NCBI RefSeq assembly: GCF_006345805.1
Contig: NC_043000.1
Location: 112,282,001 to 112,346,000 of the forward strand
DNA length: 64,000 nt
Origin: Octopus sinensis
Taxonomy: Eukaryota
Direction of reading: 5' to 3'
The notes below the pieces were generated by a model that was not told the origin of the DNA, did no database searches, and worked only from the letters and a program-made list of their open reading frames with translations. Position 1 is the stretch's first letter. The number at the start of each line of letters is the position of its first letter. Position numbers and translations under genes: made by a program. Positions 1-12,626 of this stretch are shown here, piece by piece.

Positions 1-365
1 TACCATTCTTCCAGTCCTTCCAAGTCAGTTTCTTTTCTCTAATAGCCCTGTCAACAACATTGTTCCACCACCATGTTATTTTTGGTCGAGAGGGGACTTT
101 GCACCATCCACAGATCTGGTCAGTGGCCCTCAGCAGGTTGTCCCAAAGAAACCTCCAGTTGTCTTCCACATCATGTGAAGCTATATCCCCTTCTATTTCA
201 TCAAAGGCTTTGAGTAATACATCTCTAAATCTGTCCACTCGCAGGATCTTTAAGCTTCCAGACCCTTTTCCTCCATGCTGGTCGTCTTCTGGGCATCTAT
301 TTAGCCCTGATCCTGAAGTTGCTAACTACCAGTCTATGTTGTGGGGTACATTCTTTGCCTGGGAA
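1..365 (-). mobile_element. RTE-clade LINE ORF2 fragment (endonuclease-RT linker), degenerate
   Basis: Minus-strand translation FPGKECTPQHRLVVSNFRIRAK*MPRRRPAWRKRVWKLKDP; the EC..QHRLVV motif is typical of the end of the RTE APE endonuclease; contains stops. Confidence 0.75.
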
Positions 366-379
366 GGTTTTGGCATTTC

Positions 380-608
380 GGCGAGCTGGCAGAAACGTTA
401 GCACGCCGGGCGAAATGCTTAGCGGTATTTCGTCTACGTTACGTTGTGAGTTCAAATTCCGCCGAGGTCGACTTTGCCTTTCATCCTTTCAGGGTCAATA
501 AATTAAGTACCAGTTACGCACTGGGGTCGATGTAATCGACTTAATACCTATGTCTGTCCTTGTTTGTCCCCTCTGTGTTTAGCCCCTTGTGGGTAATAAA
601 GAAATAGG
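380..608 (+). mobile_element. SINE family A (tRNA-like head), near-intact copy
   Basis: Starts ggcgagctggcagaaacgttagcac, B-box-like gagttcaaattcc, ends gtaataaagaaatagg; about ten related copies in the window. Confidence 0.85.
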
Positions 609-664
609 CATTTATAACCAGCCGTCTTTCCCTTTTTCTTGTGAGGATGTAATTTACATTTGAA

Positions 665-861
665 GGATATTTATCCTTATCTTGCTTGTTGTTAATGCAA
701 CATTTTGGCTGATATACCCTCCAGCCTTCATTAGGTGTCTTGGGGAAATTTCGAAATACCTTAGGAATGAGAACCCAGGTTTGAAATTTCCCCAAGGAAA
801 GCTGGAGGGTATATCAGCCAAAACATTGTGTTAACAACAAACAAGATGAGAACAAATATCC
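665..861. mobile_element. Penelope-like inverted repeat with degenerate hammerhead motif
   Basis: About 60-bp arms (gctgatataccctccagc / gctggagggtatatcagc); minus strand reads gacac-CTAATGA-a-ggctg..cagcc-AAAA-tgtt; same family at 39064. Confidence 0.65.
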
Positions 862-1503
862 TTGGCACTGCCTCCCATACATCTGTCACCCACCACATTC
901 CTTCCACTGATTACTATGAGATTGTTGACCAATGAAAAAAAAAAAAAACCATTTTACCTTGCAATTCTTCCAGCACCAAGCTTGAAAAACTTCTGTTCTG
1001 AATCTGAAATGGAATTATTGAAAGAGAATTGTCACAAGAAAGTGGAAACATTGAAGAATATTTTCTCTGCTATAGATTTCAATGAAAAAAAATTAGTCTT
1101 TGAATTACTGTACAAGAGTGGCAGCAAACTGGCAAAATCCTTAGAACATCATCAAAGGGAACAGACTGCTGTATTTGGTATGAGTTTCAGAACTCAAAAG
1201 TTCGAATCCTGCTGAAGTCAACTTTGCCTTTCATTTTTTCAGGGTCAATAAATAAACGGAATGAGACAATAGGGTGCAGCTGTTTGGATACTGAGAATTT
1301 GACGTAGCTGACTGGACATTGAACCTGTTTTGAAAACAGGAGTTCTTGGTGCTGGATACAAATGTGTGCATGCAGATATATACACAAACAGGTAGAGAGA
1401 GAGACATTGCACGTCACACAAATGTAACTAGAGGGAGAGGGGGGAGAGAGGATGAAGGGAGAAAGAGAGAGAGAACAAGGGAGAGAATGAGAGAAGCATT
1501 CAG

Positions 1504-1615
1504 AGTCAAGAACTGACCAGGCTACAATCTGATCTGGCAAAGTTTCTACAGCTGGATGCCCTTCCTAACGCCAACCACTCCAGGAGTGTAGTGGGTGCTT
1601 TTTACATGCCACTGG
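1504..1615 (-). mobile_element. RTE LINE 3' UTR fragment
   Basis: ctacagctggatgcccttcctaacgccaaccactcc matches the 3' UTR of the RTE copy at 44055-45283. Confidence 0.75.
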
Positions 1616-2143
1616 TGCACACACACACATACACACAATGATGATATCTAAGCAATTATGGCACAAGGCTACAGCTGTTTCGATCGACTCTAGCAATTTT
1701 TATTTCATTGATTCTGGAAGGATGAAGGCAAAATTGAACCTGGTCACAAAGCTTTGAGATTTTGAATGATGTATTATTTTTTATTTTTAGAATGACATTG
1801 TATGGCAGGAGAGAGAGTCCAGATCTGACCAGTTTGAAGATAAAACAAAATATTTCAACTGGATTTCATCCTCATCATCATTCAACATCTGTTTTCCATG
1901 TCAGCATTGGTTGGGTGATTAGACTGGAGCTGGCAAGGCCAGGGTCCATTGTCTGTTTTCCTAATGCTCTTCCTAATGCCAACCCCTTTCCAGAGCGTAT
2001 TGGATGCTTTTTATATAGGCACCATCACCATGTGGGTCACCAAGTACCTTGCAAGACAAAAACCCCAATGCTTAAGAGTCAAGATGTTTGAAGTGAAAAA
2101 TAGACTGTAAAAGGTTTCACTCACTGACGCCAGATACAAACTG

Positions 2144-2243
2144 NNNNNNNNNNNNNNNNNNNNNNNNNNNNNNNNNNNNNNNNNNNNNNNNNNNNNNNNN
2201 NNNNNNNNNNNNNNNNNNNNNNNNNNNNNNNNNNNNNNNNNNN
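2144..2243. other. Assembly gap (100 N)
   Basis: Exactly 100 N, the usual placeholder for a gap of unknown size. Confidence 0.99.
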
Positions 2244-2683
2244 GTGTAGTGGGTGCTTTTTACGTGCCACCCGCACAGGTGCCAGGCGAGGCTGGCAACA
2301 GCCACGGTCGGATTGGTGCAATTTACGTGCCACCAGCACGGAAGCCAGTTGAGGCGGCACTGGCATCGGCCACGAGTCGGATAGTGCTTTTTACGTACCA
2401 CCAGTCCAGGGGTCCTGGCATCTGCTGGGTGCCAGTCATAGGATTGGTTCTATTTCGATTTCACTTGCCCCAACATGTCTTCGCAACCAAAGGGGGTTTG
2501 CATGGGTGCCTGTCGTCGGATGAGGTTCGATATCGACTTCGCTTGCCTCAACAGATCTTTGTGTCCAAGGGAGGAAAGGCATGCATAAATGGGCTGGGCT
2601 CACTTGTCCTGCCTGGTCTTCTCACGTACAGCATATTTCCAAAGGTCTCGGTCGTTGGTCATTTCCTCAGTGAGGCCTAAAGT
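2244..2683 (-). mobile_element. RTE LINE 3' end (last ORF2 codons plus 3' UTR)
   Basis: Reverse complement of about 44628-45130 with high similarity. Confidence 0.85.
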
Positions 2684-2753
2684 CCTCAACACATAAATGT
2701 GAAACAAGGTGGAAAAAAAGAGTACTCAAATACCAATGGTAGAGTAATATGCT

Positions 2754-2893
2754 TTATTTAAAGCAGCAGAAAATTCAACGAAATCTGTTACTCTGAGTTT
2801 CTCTTTGCCGTTCATCAGCAAAAACTGTCTGATGAAAGGCAACGAGAAACTCAGAGTAACAGATTTTGTTGAATTTTCTGCTGCTTTAAATAA
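2754..2893. mobile_element. Penelope-like tail-to-tail hairpin
   Basis: About 65-bp inverted arms 2754-2820 / 2827-2893, each carrying CTGATGA..GAAACTCAGAGTA. Confidence 0.75.
2825..2862 (+). ncRNA. Minimal type-I hammerhead ribozyme motif
   Basis: ctgt-CTGATGA-aaggcaacga-GAAA-ctcagag-TA-acag: core intact, stem I ctgt/acag, near-palindromic stem III ACTCAGAGT, predicted cut after 2858; stem II imperfect. Confidence 0.65.
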
Positions 2894-4279
2894 GGTATAT
2901 ATATATATATATATATATATACACGTTTATATATAAATGGCTGACGGTTAGTAAGTAGAAACACAAATAAGAAAGAAGAAAACAAAGGACCACTGATGCG
3001 GTCACAGGAGTGTGACGAAAGAACTCTGGCCGAAATAAGATTAAGATTAATGTAAAAAATAAATAACACTGAAGCAAAATAACACCAAATATATGGTGCG
3101 TGTGTCTTTATTGGCTAAACTGGCAAAATGACCATTCCGATATATATATATATAGGACAGACTTCTTTCAGTATCAGTCAACCAAATCCAGAAAACTGGC
3201 TATCGTTAGCCGGAGGCTATAGAAGACACTGGCCCAAGGTGCAACGCAGTGGGACAGAACCATTAACCACATGGTTGGGGAGAAAGCATCTTAGCACACA
3301 TCCACACCTGTGCCTACATGTATGTTGGTGTGTTTACGTGCCCATGACATAGCAGTTCAGCAGAAGGTATCAACAGAATAAGCATCAGGCTTACACAGAA
3401 TAAGTCCAGCAGCCAATTTCTTCAACTAAAAGGCAGTATTCCAGCATGGCCACACGGAAATGACAGAAACAAGTAACAGAATACAAGAGTAAAATACATC
3501 TGTATATACATACATACATATACACACACACATCCACATGGATATCTATATGGCTACATATACAGATACATAATAACACCACATACCAAGATGAGACTTC
3601 TTTTCCCCTAACGAAGGAGTCATTACCGTAATGCACCCTCGTGCATTGACTACGTTGATGAACCCCTAAAATGGCCATAGGGAATATAAATAAGGTTTTT
3701 TTTTTTTTTGCTTGGACACCGGCTTTTCTTATAAGGTTTCCTTTTATCTTAAAAAGTAACTTTTAATCATAAAAAATTCTCAATCGAACTTTTATCTATA
3801 CCTTATGTATTTATATGCTTCCTATATAAACGCATTTTTATATTTTTATTATTTTAGGTTTTATAATGTAAAAAACTTTTTTTAGACGCTGAAGTATTAA
3901 TTTTTTAATTTTTTTATATTGCCACAGACTGTACTCACTTTTTCTTTTTTTTCTATATGCTTATCTAAATGAAATATTGTTTCATCTGTGATTTTCTGCA
4001 TCCGTATTCTATGTATAAGAAAAAGCATTATGTTTCTTTATATGTAATTAAATGTTCGAGATGTGATGTTAGGTTAATGACCTTAAATTTGTTGTTTGTA
4101 TGTTATACATATATACGTATACAAACACTCATACACATATATTATATAAAATCCGTTGTGTGTGTGTCTTCTAGGATTTCAGGCATCCTCCATCTGATTG
4201 CGTACAAATTTGAAACCGACGTATATATATATATATATATATATATATGGGGGTGTGTGTGTGTGTGTATATAAATGTG

Positions 4280-5140
4280 TGTGTGAGCATACTGGCTTCA
4301 TTCCTTGCGAGCTTACGCATGTTCTCAGCAGTCACGGCCCATGTTTCACTGCCATGTAGCATTGCTGTTCATACACATGCATCATACAGTCTACCTTTTA
4401 CTCTGAGTGAGAGGCCCTTTGTCACCAGCAGCAGTAAGAGCTCTCTGAACTTTACCCAAGCTATTCTTATTCTAGCAGCTATACTTTCAGTGCACCCACC
4501 TCCACTACTGACTTGGTCACCTAGGTAACGGAAGCTATCAACTACTACTAGTTTTCCTCCCTGGAATATGACGGAATTTGTTCTCTGCACATTTTCAGTG
4601 TTTATTGCTCCCGAGCATCTGCCACATACAAAAACTATCCTCCCAGTTAGCCTTCCTTTGATATTACTGCACCTCTTATGTGTCCCTAGCTTACACTGGG
4701 TACATCTTATAGAGTTTCTACCTACACCTTTTCTACAGCTCGAGCAAGGCCATCTAGATGAAGGGATTTGTGGTTTGCCTGCCTTCCTACTTATTAGGAC
4801 TTTGGTTTTAGCTAGGTTGATGAAAGCCCTTCGATTCTAATCCTTGTTTCCACACTTGAAACTTCACTAGTTCTGATAGTGACTCAGTAATTAGAGCAAG
4901 GTTGTCAGCATAGAGGAGCTCCCAAGGGCATCCTGTCTTGAATTCCTCTGTTATTGCCTGGAGGACTATGATAAATAGGAGGAGGCTGAGGACTGAAACT
5001 TGGTGGACCCCTACCTCTACCCTGAATTCTTCACTGTACTCATTGCCAACCCTCACCTTACTGACAGCGTCCTTGTACATGGCTTGCACAGCTCTCACTA
5101 ACCATTCATCTATCCCTATTTTCCTTATTGACCACCAGAC
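4280..5140 (-). mobile_element. RTE LINE reverse-transcriptase fragment (pseudogenised)
   Basis: ORF track: GVHQVSVLSLLLF..CPWELLYADNLALI, SFRYLGDQVSSGGG, MLHGSETWAVT; frameshifted. Confidence 0.9.
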
Positions 5141-5219
5141 CACAATTAAAACAAAAAAAAAACAAAAAATCCTGTCATTTTAATCCCAATCAAGGCCAGG
5201 TATCTCTGCTAGTTACATA

Positions 5220-5560
5220 TAAATCCTTATAGGTGCAAGAGTAGTTGTGCTCTTAGAAGTGGGCTCCCCAACTACGTGGCCCCAGGTAGTCACACTGAGT
5301 GGCACCTTGGGCAATTGTGTCTTCTACTAAATCCTTGGGCCTACCAAAGACTTGTGAGTGGTAGACGGAAACTGTAAGAAGCCTGTCGTATATATGAATG
5401 TGTCTGTGTGTCGGCTTTTGTCCCCTACTATCGCTTGATTACCAGTGTTGGTTTGTTTATGTCCCCGTAATTTTGCAGATTGGTAAATGGGGATAAAATA
5501 GGTACCAGGCTTTAAAAAAGTGCCCCAGCATGGCCACAGTCAAAAGACTGAAAATACACA
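5220..5560 (+). mobile_element. SINE family C, degenerate
   Basis: ggcaccttgggcaa..gtagacggaaactg..tgccccagcatggccacagtcaaa. Confidence 0.6.
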
Positions 5561-5634
5561 CACATTATATATATATATATATACACACGCGCGTGCACAC
5601 ACACACAATGTACTTACGTGTATAGATGTATATA

Positions 5635-5866
5635 TATTTCTTTACTGGCCGCAAGGGGCTAAACACAAAGGGGACAAACAAGGACAGACAAACGGATTAA
5701 GCCGATTATATCGACCCCAGTGCGTAACTGGTACTTAATTTATCGACCCCGAAAGGATGAAAAGCAAAGTCGACCTCGGCGGAATTTGAACTCAGAACGT
5801 AGCGGCAGACGAAATACAGCTAAGCATTTCGCCCGGCGTGCTAACGATTCTGCCAACTCGCCGCCT
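5635..5866 (-). mobile_element. SINE family A, CpG-intact copy
   Basis: Reverse complement of 380-608. Confidence 0.85.
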
Positions 5867-6469
5867 TCGATGTATATATACATAAATACATGTACAGACA
5901 TGCATACATATGAGAAGTCATCAATTTAACGTCCAATTTTCCATGCTTGGTTGTGTCCGACAGAATTCATTGAGTGAGATTTTCTACATCCAGATGTCCT
6001 TCCTATCAGCCACCGTCACCCGTTTACAAGGAAGCAAATATATCCCAACGGCCCAACATGTCTTCCCTAAAGATCCGTAACAAACAGCTGGGCTGTGTGA
6101 CGACGATAACGTCCGTTTAAAAGTCTCACACAATGACAAGACAAAGAGAGAGACAAACAAACTAGCACAAGGATATACACAAATACATTATATATATACG
6201 AGAGGGCTTCCTTCAATTTGTCGACTAAATCCCTTCACAACAGAAGACATGCCCAAGGTGCGACACACACACACACATATTCATATGATGTACGTGTGTG
6301 ATTGTGTGTGTATGGATAGAGACTGATCGATAGAGAAAGTGTGAAAAACAAAGAGATTGACAAGTACGGACAGATTCACAATAAATATAATTTGACACTT
6401 AATGCGTATTTGTCGTTAATCTGTTTTTTTTTCTTTTTAAATTTTTTTTTCTCCTTCCTATCAAATATC

Positions 6470-6530
6470 CTGAAGAATACCTTAAGCTCGAAACGTCAAA
6501 GACACCTCCACGTTACAGGTCTTTGATAGA
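6470..6530 (+). ncRNA. Hammerhead-like relic (CUGAAGA variant)
   Basis: cCTGAAGA-ataccttaagctc-GAAACGTC with palindromic ACGT stem III; stems I and II not intact. Confidence 0.35.
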
Positions 6531-6754
6531 AAATTAAGTAAAAAAAAAAATTAAAATTAACTTCATTTTCACTTATCTTAAGCTATTTTCGTCGTAAATT
6601 TCTAACGCGCGTGTGTATATATAAATATATATATATATAGTGTGTGTGTGTGTATATATATATATAATGTGTGTGTGTATTATATATATATATATATTTA
6701 TAGTGTGTGTGTGTGTATGTATATATATATATATTTATAGTGTGTGTGTGTGTG

Positions 6755-6785
<31 letters not shown>

Positions 6786-6924
6786 GGTGTGTGTAACATT
6801 AATGTACACACGCACATGTATGCAACGTATATGTCTATTTTTATATATACATGACGGATATAACACTATTATATCTATCTTATTTTTATATTTAATTTAC
6901 ACGTAGAATATATAAAGTGTGTGT

Positions 6925-6959
<35 letters not shown>

Positions 6960-7837
6960 CACACAAACATACATGCATATGTTATAAATACAGGTATTTA
7001 ACTTGAAACGACGAGGAAGTCAACAGAAATACTTTCAGCTAATAAATATAGGTAAACTGCAACTAAAAACTATTTATCTGTCCCTCCATATATATAAATA
7101 GAATTTCTACTTTTTCTTTCGGGTTTCTCTTTACTTTTCGTCAATTTTGAAAAATAAATATTTTAAGTCTGTAGAAAGAGAGATTCGTGTATTTTCAGGT
7201 AAACGGAACTAATTAGAAACACTGGGAAAAAAGTGATAAATACAATGGGATTTAGGCAGTTAGATAGAGTATAATAAAGAAAGACATTTGTTAAGTGTTC
7301 ATAGAAAGAAGGAATAATACAAACTTGATATTTTTCAAGTGGTGGAATGTTGGTGTGGAATAGTGGAGCGACGGTGTGACTGTTTCATGTACGACGGAAG
7401 TTAAATGAAAGGGTGTTACAATGAAGGCTTACACCGACTGGTATGGTAATTTATCTGTAGACAAAGCGGTGTAAATTAACCAGCATGCATTGCAACTGCT
7501 AAGCACTGGAAACTGAAAGTTGGTCCGCTGGTGGTCGCTGGGTTTGCTAGAAACAGCAGTGAAATCTCACTTAAATGACATTCTGCTATATTATACACTT
7601 TAAATAATGCAGTCTACGGATCTTTTCCGAAATGCAAGAAATTAAACAACAAATAGCTTACAAACTACAGAATTTTCTCAAGAAAGCCAAGAGAAAAAGA
7701 TGTTTTATGTAACACATTCTACCAGTATATGAAGTTTAAAAGTGTTTAGTTACAAAGAAATTATTTTAAAAATCTGCCAGTCAAAGCAAAAAGATCCCAG
7801 TCTACATATCTAAAAAGGATGACCTCAGCTATAATAC

Positions 7838-8115
7838 CTTTGGTCTTTTACTTGTTTCAGTCATTTGACGGCGGCCATGCTGGGGCACCACTAAGTTACA
7901 GGGATGTAAACACGCCAACACCGGTTGTCAAGCGATGCTGGGGGACAAACACTAGCGCGTGCACACACATACGACGGACTTGTTCAGTTTCCGTCTGCTA
8001 ATTCTAGTCATAAGGATATGAGTGGCCTGAGGCTACAATAGAAAAACATTAGCCCAATGTGCCATTTAGTGGGACCGAACTCGAAACTCTGAGGTTGAAA
8101 ATCAATCTTCTTACC
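7838..8115 (-). mobile_element. SINE family C, degenerate
   Basis: cttttacttgtttcagtcatttgacggcggccatgctgg..gtgggaccgaactc. Confidence 0.65.
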
Positions 8116-10194
8116 ATACTCATTCTTGATTCATTTGATGCCAAACGTCATGAGGTGGAGTCCTGCAGGCACCTCTCCACCCATGGAAGGGATCGGTGAG
8201 GCTTTATAGAAGGATAATTGTTATGCTTCGTAAAATTAATGAGGTTTTAAACTGGTCCAACATTATGACGAAGAAGAATCTAGAGATGCAGACACGTTTG
8301 TTTTTTTTAAGATAGAAGTCTTTTATTTGCAATAATTCGCTAAAAAAGAACATAATTTACGAAAATATACAATAAGAAAAGCAGGAGAGAGAAATCAAAT
8401 CACAGCCTAGGTCTTCAATTATGGTCGCACCAGGGGGAAATTGGTGTTCCCTCTAAAACTAATCACGGGAGAGGAGGAGTCCCAAAAACTTCAAGGTTAA
8501 TTTGGGAAGAGATCTGTTATGTAGCAGCTTGAGGGCGGTTTATCGATGTGGTCTCTCGACATGTTAGAAATAACAGTCACGACGTCTTTAAATCAATTAA
8601 AAAAAAGTGAGTGAAAACAAAATGAATTGGCTTACAGTCGAAAAATGCTTGACTATAGGCCTGCTTGGTCCAGACTGACCTGGGACTAAAGAACACTATC
8701 CTCTGTATGCACACTATGTCTAAAAATACGAAGTCTTGACACTGCAAATAGAAAGTTTATTACTGGCGTTCCAGTTGTGACCATTTCATCTTTTCTTTAT
8801 TTTTAAGAAGACGATGTTATGTGAATCGAGGGAGGGGATTTGACTGCGATTTCTAGCAAGTCGAACGCCCACGTGGTGACTATTTTAGTTTGAGCAAGAA
8901 GGAAGGGTTGTATCAATAGCCTTCACAGGCCATCGTAAGCACATCGATGTTGATAATGTGCTTTTTTTATGGCTGCTTGAAAAACGGAGGCAAAGGGAGA
9001 TGAAGAAGGTGGGGAGGACAATAAGGCTTAAAGAGAGTGAATAGAGTGACCCTGAGTGTCGGTGACATGAAAACCAGTCAGCTTGACGAGCAGACTTGGT
9101 CTAGATTCAGTTACAAAAGAATTAGGAAAGGTGAAGGAGAACAACTTCATTTTAATCACTTAGGTTGGTAGGATATGCAGTCTAGGACAAGCGTTTCTGT
9201 GAAAGCAAGCTGTGAGGATTGTAAAGGAGACAGACTGTCACGTTTAATAAAAGTTGAAATTGTTTCCAACTTTATAAACTTGTCAAGCAACCCTGGTGAA
9301 TAAATAAATAATTATACGGCTGTAAATCTGTTATCGTTTTCTTGTCAATAAACAAGTGGTGAGTGTCAAAATATTCCACCACTAATATTTATTTGGCGAG
9401 CAAGGGCAAGGGCACTGGCCCAACGATGTCTGCTAAATGTACTTATAGCAGCACAACCTTACACGTTAAGAGAAACATCTTTTTATTTCTTTTCTCTGTG
9501 TAATACTTTTGCCTGTCTTCCAAAAGCTTTATCTTTTCAATAATTTCAGTCACCGGACTGCGACCTTGCTGGGGACTGGCATCAATAATTTTAGTTAATT
9601 ATTATTTATATCGATCTATTTATAGTCTGGTGTTCATTTATTTTTAAAGTGTAAACTACGGGACCCAAAGAAACTACGGTGAAAGTCTGTTTTTCGGTTA
9701 GTAAATTTAATCAGACAACCCCTTCAATGAGGTTTAAAATTTGTCCCTTAATGCTTCTAGCAGGACTTGTATCTCAATATGAAACAATAATTATTGTTTC
9801 TTCCTCTCATATTTATTTAATTTACTTCCAAATCCTACCGAGATCGACTTGGAATTTCGTCTCATCGAAGATTATATACTAAAGGTACCAGTCATATAGC
9901 AGGGTCGATGTAATCGGCCAAACACTTTTCCCAGCAAGTGGCCGTCTACAAGTGTGTGTGCGTGTGTGTTTGGACGGTGGGGAAGGGGTGTATATGTGCA
10001 TGAGTGTGTATGTATGTAGAATTCTCTTTTTTGGGGGAATAGTGGATCTCGAAGCAGATGAAGCTTTATCACCTTTGCGATCCACAATTCAAATGCAAAA
10101 AAAAAGTGAATTATTTTATGTTCCCTGGAAACTTTACAAATTCTTATGGTGTCAACAACACACACAAACATATGTATGTATATATATATACCGG

Positions 10195-10335
10195 AGTAAG
10201 CACATAAATGTGAAACAAGGTGGAATTAAAGTACTATAATACCATAATACTATAATATTTAAAATCAGCAGAAATATAACAAAAGCTGTTACTCAGAGTA
10301 GCCTTTGTTACATTTTTGCTGCTTTTAAATAAAGT
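10195..10335. mobile_element. Second copy of the 2690-2893 Penelope-like family, hairpin with centre deleted
   Basis: Shares cacataaatgtgaaacaaggtgga and the cagcagaaa..ctgttactc / tttgctgcttttaaataaag arms. Confidence 0.6.
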
Positions 10336-11139
10336 GTATATATATATATACCAACATATATATATTTATGTATATGTTGTTATATAGGGCATGCCTATAA
10401 AACAAATACAGGTGTGTGTGTGTTGATTGGTTCTGGGTCTGTCCTGATCAAGCAAATCTATGATCAAAGACATTCCATTCTCCCCTAAAAACAAAACCGT
10501 TATCCAGTTCTATATTCTTAAATGACAGCAGGATGTAAATTTTGCTGACGCAATTACTCTAACGCTTCTAATGTGACAAGCGTGCTACTGTACTCAATAT
10601 GTCGCCTTGGTTCATCTGTCTGTCTTTCTTTCTCTCTCTCTCTCTTTGTATGAGCGCGCGCGCAATGTGTGTGCGTTTGAGTGAACGTGTGTGTGTGTGT
10701 CCAGCTGTGTGTAAAGGCGCCCGCGAATATGTGCGCGTGCGTGTGTGTGTGTGTGTCTAGGAAAGTAGCATGTTTTTTTTTATTGTTTCTAGGAACCCGT
10801 GTGTTTAAATTAAAACATTCTAGGATTCCGTGAAAGACGTCTTTACATCAATTAACGTGATTTAGTAAAAATCAGTTGCATGTAAAGAAGTGCTTTTTAT
10901 TTTCTAAACAACTTATGATCATGCACACACACACACACACATAAAAATATTTAGTCGTCTAAGAAGAATGCATAAATCAGGAAAAACAGGCACCCGTGTA
11001 TCTGTCAATCGAGTGGGTATTTTAAAGTGTATAATATTGGTAACAACGGTTGTAATGAATCTACAATACTGTATGGTGTGTGTGTATACACACACACGGA
11101 ACTGAAATGTTTTCTACTATTAGTTTCATGCCACGAACA

Positions 11140-11533
11140 CTACATATATATTTATATCTATATATATATACATACATATACATATATATATTTATATCTA
11201 TATATATATATATACATACATATACATATATATATATTTATATCTATATATATATACATACATATACATATATATATATTTATATCTATATATATATACA
11301 TACATATACATATATATATATTTATATCTATAATATATACATACATAACATATATATATATATTTATATCTATATATATATACATACATATCATATATTA
11401 TATATATATATTTATATCTATATATATATACATACATATACATATATATATATTATATTTATATCTATATTATATATATCTATATATTTATATCTATATA
11501 TATTATATATTTATATCTATATATATTTATATC

Positions 11534-11567
<34 letters not shown>

Positions 11568-11595
11568 TATATATTTATAATATATATATATTTAT
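11140..11595. repeat. Compound TA microsatellite with ~42-bp higher-order unit
   Basis: tatatttatatctatatatatatacatacatatacatatata repeated about 7-8 times. Confidence 0.85.
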
Positions 11596-11955
11596 GTTTC
11601 TAAATAATTTGTTTCACCCCAAAGTCTAATTAAAATTAAGGTACTCTTCGTTCTCACTAATGTACAGGTACAGGTGCCATGATTTTTTAAAACATCCTAT
11701 AAGGGCGGAGACGGAGGCTGACGAAATACGCTAAAATTAATTGTGACGGGACATAGTCTAAATCTTCATACCGAACCTGTCTGGTGCCAATGGCACGCAA
11801 CCGTGAACCCAGTTCTTTCTTGTATAAAGTGGTTAGCGATAGGAAGAACATCCAGCAGTAAATACAGAAGAAATTCGTAACATATATAACAACAAAGATT
11901 AGAGATATGATAAACGAGCGTTAATGTATGACGATGATAATAAAGATAAATACAT

Positions 11956-12015
<60 letters not shown>

Positions 12016-12586
12016 GTGTATGTATATATATATATATATGTATATATATATACATACATATATATATAAAGGTCATATGTTTTCGCTTTAAACAAGTGCG
12101 TAATAATACTGCAGGATAGACAAAAATACTCAATGGATAAAAGCAGAGTGGATGTATACGTAGTTAAGAAAACAATAACGCTTACAAGACTAGTCTCGCT
12201 TCCTTCGCCACAAAATACATCTAAGCGGATCAAACTATGTAATTCCGGATTCAATCCCGTGGCGTAAAACTTTGATTAACCAATACATTGTGAGTGGAAT
12301 CCGGAGGACGGAGACTGTGGCGAAGCCCATGTTTCTGTGTGTGTATGTGTGCGTGTGAACGTCCGTTATGAGTGTGTGCGTTTAAGTTTACACCAATCTA
12401 AATGCCGATGTTGTTTATGTGTATATAAATATATATATGCATCACCTGCAACTTAGCAGTCATCAAATAGTAATCGATAAAATAACTAGCAGTCTGAGAA
12501 ATAAAGCGCTATTCGATTGGACATGGCGAATTTTACAAGGAAACGAGACTAGTTTTGTAAGAGATAATTAAATAAGTATGTATGTG

Positions 12587-12626
<40 letters not shown>

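Noticed and set aside
380-470. SINE heads as tRNA genes
   Set aside because: A/B-box-like motifs only, no cloverleaf, and they continue into SINE bodies
862-1215. 117-aa ORF with a protein-like middle (LKNFCSESEMELLKENCHKK..)
   Set aside because: No recognisable family, crosses a poly-A run, ends in a decayed SINE and has no good donor site; not excluded as an exon
2244-5140. RTE pieces at 2244-2683 and 4280-5140 as one interrupted element
   Set aside because: Collinear, but roughly 80 codons between them are missing and there is no TSD evidence; kept separate
11027-12254. Long I/Y/H-rich ORFs (also at 26.9, 28.3, 29.2, 33.4, 35.8, 36.3, 53.2 and 59.7 kb)
   Set aside because: Translations of TA/TG/CA microsatellites, which lack stops in some frames
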